Below, in pieces: positions 62,602-64,000 of a DNA stretch of 64,000 nucleotides. Each line of letters begins with the position of its first letter. Positions within the stretch are counted from its first letter, which is position 1. The notes below the pieces were generated by a model. The model saw only the letters and a list, made by a program, of their open reading frames with translations. It was not told the DNA's origin and searched no databases. The position numbers were made by a program, and so were the translations under genes. Where the stretch lies: sequence record MZ475898.1; one strand, given 5' to 3'.

Positions 62602-64000
62602 TAACTTCATTACTCTTGAGCAATATCGCGCGATGATCGAACGCAACATCCTGACCGAACCCGCGATGTTAGTCAAGAACCAGACTCAGCCACTTGGGCG
62701 CATCATCTTCCAAGCGCTGGGCGACAACATGCAGATGAAGGACATCATTGTTCCTGACTCTCGCAACGCGATTGACCTGACGCAGCAAGCGCCGCTGTCT
62801 AACCTGCTGGCCAGCTCGCAACTCAAGTCGCTGATTCAGCTTCGCCGTCTGGTAATCTTGAATCCGGATGATATGCCTGCACCAGAGCAAGGCATTAAGA
62901 AGCCTACTCTGTCGCAAGAGCCCGTTGCTGGCGCTACCTCGATCGATGGTACTACGATTCCAAACGCGACTGTTATCGTTGAGCAAAACGGTAACGTCTG
63001 GACTGGTACTTCGAACGGTAGCGGTGCTTTCACTGTTGACGTGTCTGGCCTTGCAGAAGGTCCATTCAGCGTAACAGTCACAGCCGACAACTATGCGCCT
63101 TCGCGCTTCACTTACACTGCTGGTCCTCAGCCGTTGCAGCCGTACCCTGAACCTACTATTCATGCAGTCTTCAAAGAGACTCAGGTAACAGGTACTACTG
63201 TGGCTGACGCGAACATCGTCGTCGAATTCGGCGGCAAGTCGTTCACAGGTCAGGCTACTAACGCCGGGGACTTTACCGTACCAACTGGCGCGCTGCCGTT
63301 CGATACCATCGTCGTCAAATTTGTCGCCGAAGGTTATCTGGATGCGCAGCGTAGCGTCAACACTTCATCCGTACCAGGCACTGCTACCATCAGCGATCTC
63401 AAGTACCTCGTTACTGAAATTAATGGTACTGCAAGCCCTAGCGCTCAAGTCGAAGTGCTGGTGGATGGTCAGTCTAATCAGATCGTTAACGCGAACACCG
63501 ACGGCCTGTGGACTGCAACCGTGCAGCCTGTCAAAGGCGATGTGAATATCCGCAGTCTGGAAGTTAGCGGTTACGACGAAGCGACTGCAACTGTTAAGCC
63601 GACCACCAACACCATGGGCGCAATCACTATCGATAACGCAGACCAGTTCGGTGAGAACGAAACTGTCGTTACCGGTACTGTTGCAGGTCTGGATGAGAAC
63701 GCGACCGACGTTGCTGTGACTGTCACTGTTCAGGCGGGCGTGTACGAAGGTACAGTCAATCTGTCTAACGGTACCTTCCGCGTTGAAGGCATCGATGCTA
63801 AAGCGGGTGTGGGTTCAAGTGGTGTCGTTGACATTACTTCGGCCTTCTACGAAGAAGCGTCCGAGTCGTTCACGATTCTGGAAGAGTTCTCTGTGCCGAC
63901 TGTTACACAAGCACAGGACGGTGATACTTCAATCAAGGGTCAGACCTCAGGGTCTACCACTGTGAAGATCACTATGGGAAGTGAAACGAAGCAAGCATCT
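62594..64000 (+). CDS. Ig-like repeat virion protein, truncated by the window edge (not in the ORF track)
   Basis: ATG 62594 with GGAG RBS, open to 64000; repeats of the type ITGTT.P.A.V.V....T..A...G.F.V. Confidence 0.85.
   Translation, partial: MSDNFITLEQYRAMIERNILTEPAMLVKNQTQPLGRIIFQALGDNMQMKDIIVPDSRNAIDLTQQAPLSNLLASSQLKSLIQLRRLVILNPDDMPAPEQGIKKPTLSQEPVAGATSIDGTTIPNATVIVEQNGNVWTGTSNGSGAFTVDVSGLAEGPFSVTVTADNYAPSRFTYTAGPQPLQPYPEPTIHAVFKETQVTGTTVADANIVVEFGGKSFTGQATNAGDFTVPTGALPFDTIVVKFVAEGYLDAQRSVNTSSVPGTATISDLKYLVTEINGTASPSAQVEVLVDGQSNQIVNANTDGLWTATVQPVKGDVNIRSLEVSGYDEATATVKPTTNTMGAITIDNADQFGENETVVTGTVAGLDENATDVAVTVTVQAGVYEGTVNLSNGTFRVEGIDAKAGVGSSGVVDITSAFYEEASESFTILEEFSVPTVTQAQDGDTSIKGQTSGSTTVKITMGSETKQAS

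Noticed and set aside
1-64000. tRNA or rRNA genes
   Set aside because: No cloverleaf with TTCGA T-loop and CCA end and no rRNA-like sequence seen; intergenic gaps are too short apart from the two discussed

Overview
The window is a densely coding segment of a large tailed dsDNA phage genome. It has a contractile-tail sheath gene, so it is a myovirus, most likely a jumbo phage. Gene content resembles the Erwinia/Dickeya 'hairy' jumbo myophages such as Y3, Alexandra and JA11, but that placement is recalled, not searched. Nearly all genes are on the minus strand up to 60902 and switch to the plus strand at 61001. Modules in order: (1) fibre/tail genes, including a 1337-aa Ig-repeat fibre and the tail sheath; (2) replication genes: DHH phosphoesterase, J-domain protein, SF2 helicase, beta-clamp-like protein and a PolA with an N-terminal UDG-like domain; (3) probable head/virion genes, including a 1944-aa SNF2-type helicase, an HNH nuclease, neck-like proteins and an H1-like protein; (4) SbcD/SbcC, a SLOG protein, a Tlde1-domain protein, a GH108 endolysin, an ADP-ribosyltransferase, a DnaX clamp loader and a HAD nucleotidase; (5) a second, very divergent family-A/T7-RNAP-like polymerase, RuvC and a truncated Ig-repeat protein. 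No tRNA, rRNA, CRISPR array, RT or transposase was found. The most notable unexplained signals are four: a ~350-nt highly base-paired intergenic RNA candidate with its own promoter and kissing-loop potential (53058-53411); the divergent polymerase beside a 410-nt non-coding region; a shared N-terminal S-x-S tag on about 12 unrelated proteins, including the ADP-ribosyltransferase, suggesting a capsid-cargo targeting system; and two phage-specific promoter-like motifs (CTGTAAA[T/C]A, TAATTT) that separate replication genes from virion genes. All homology calls come from motifs read by eye.
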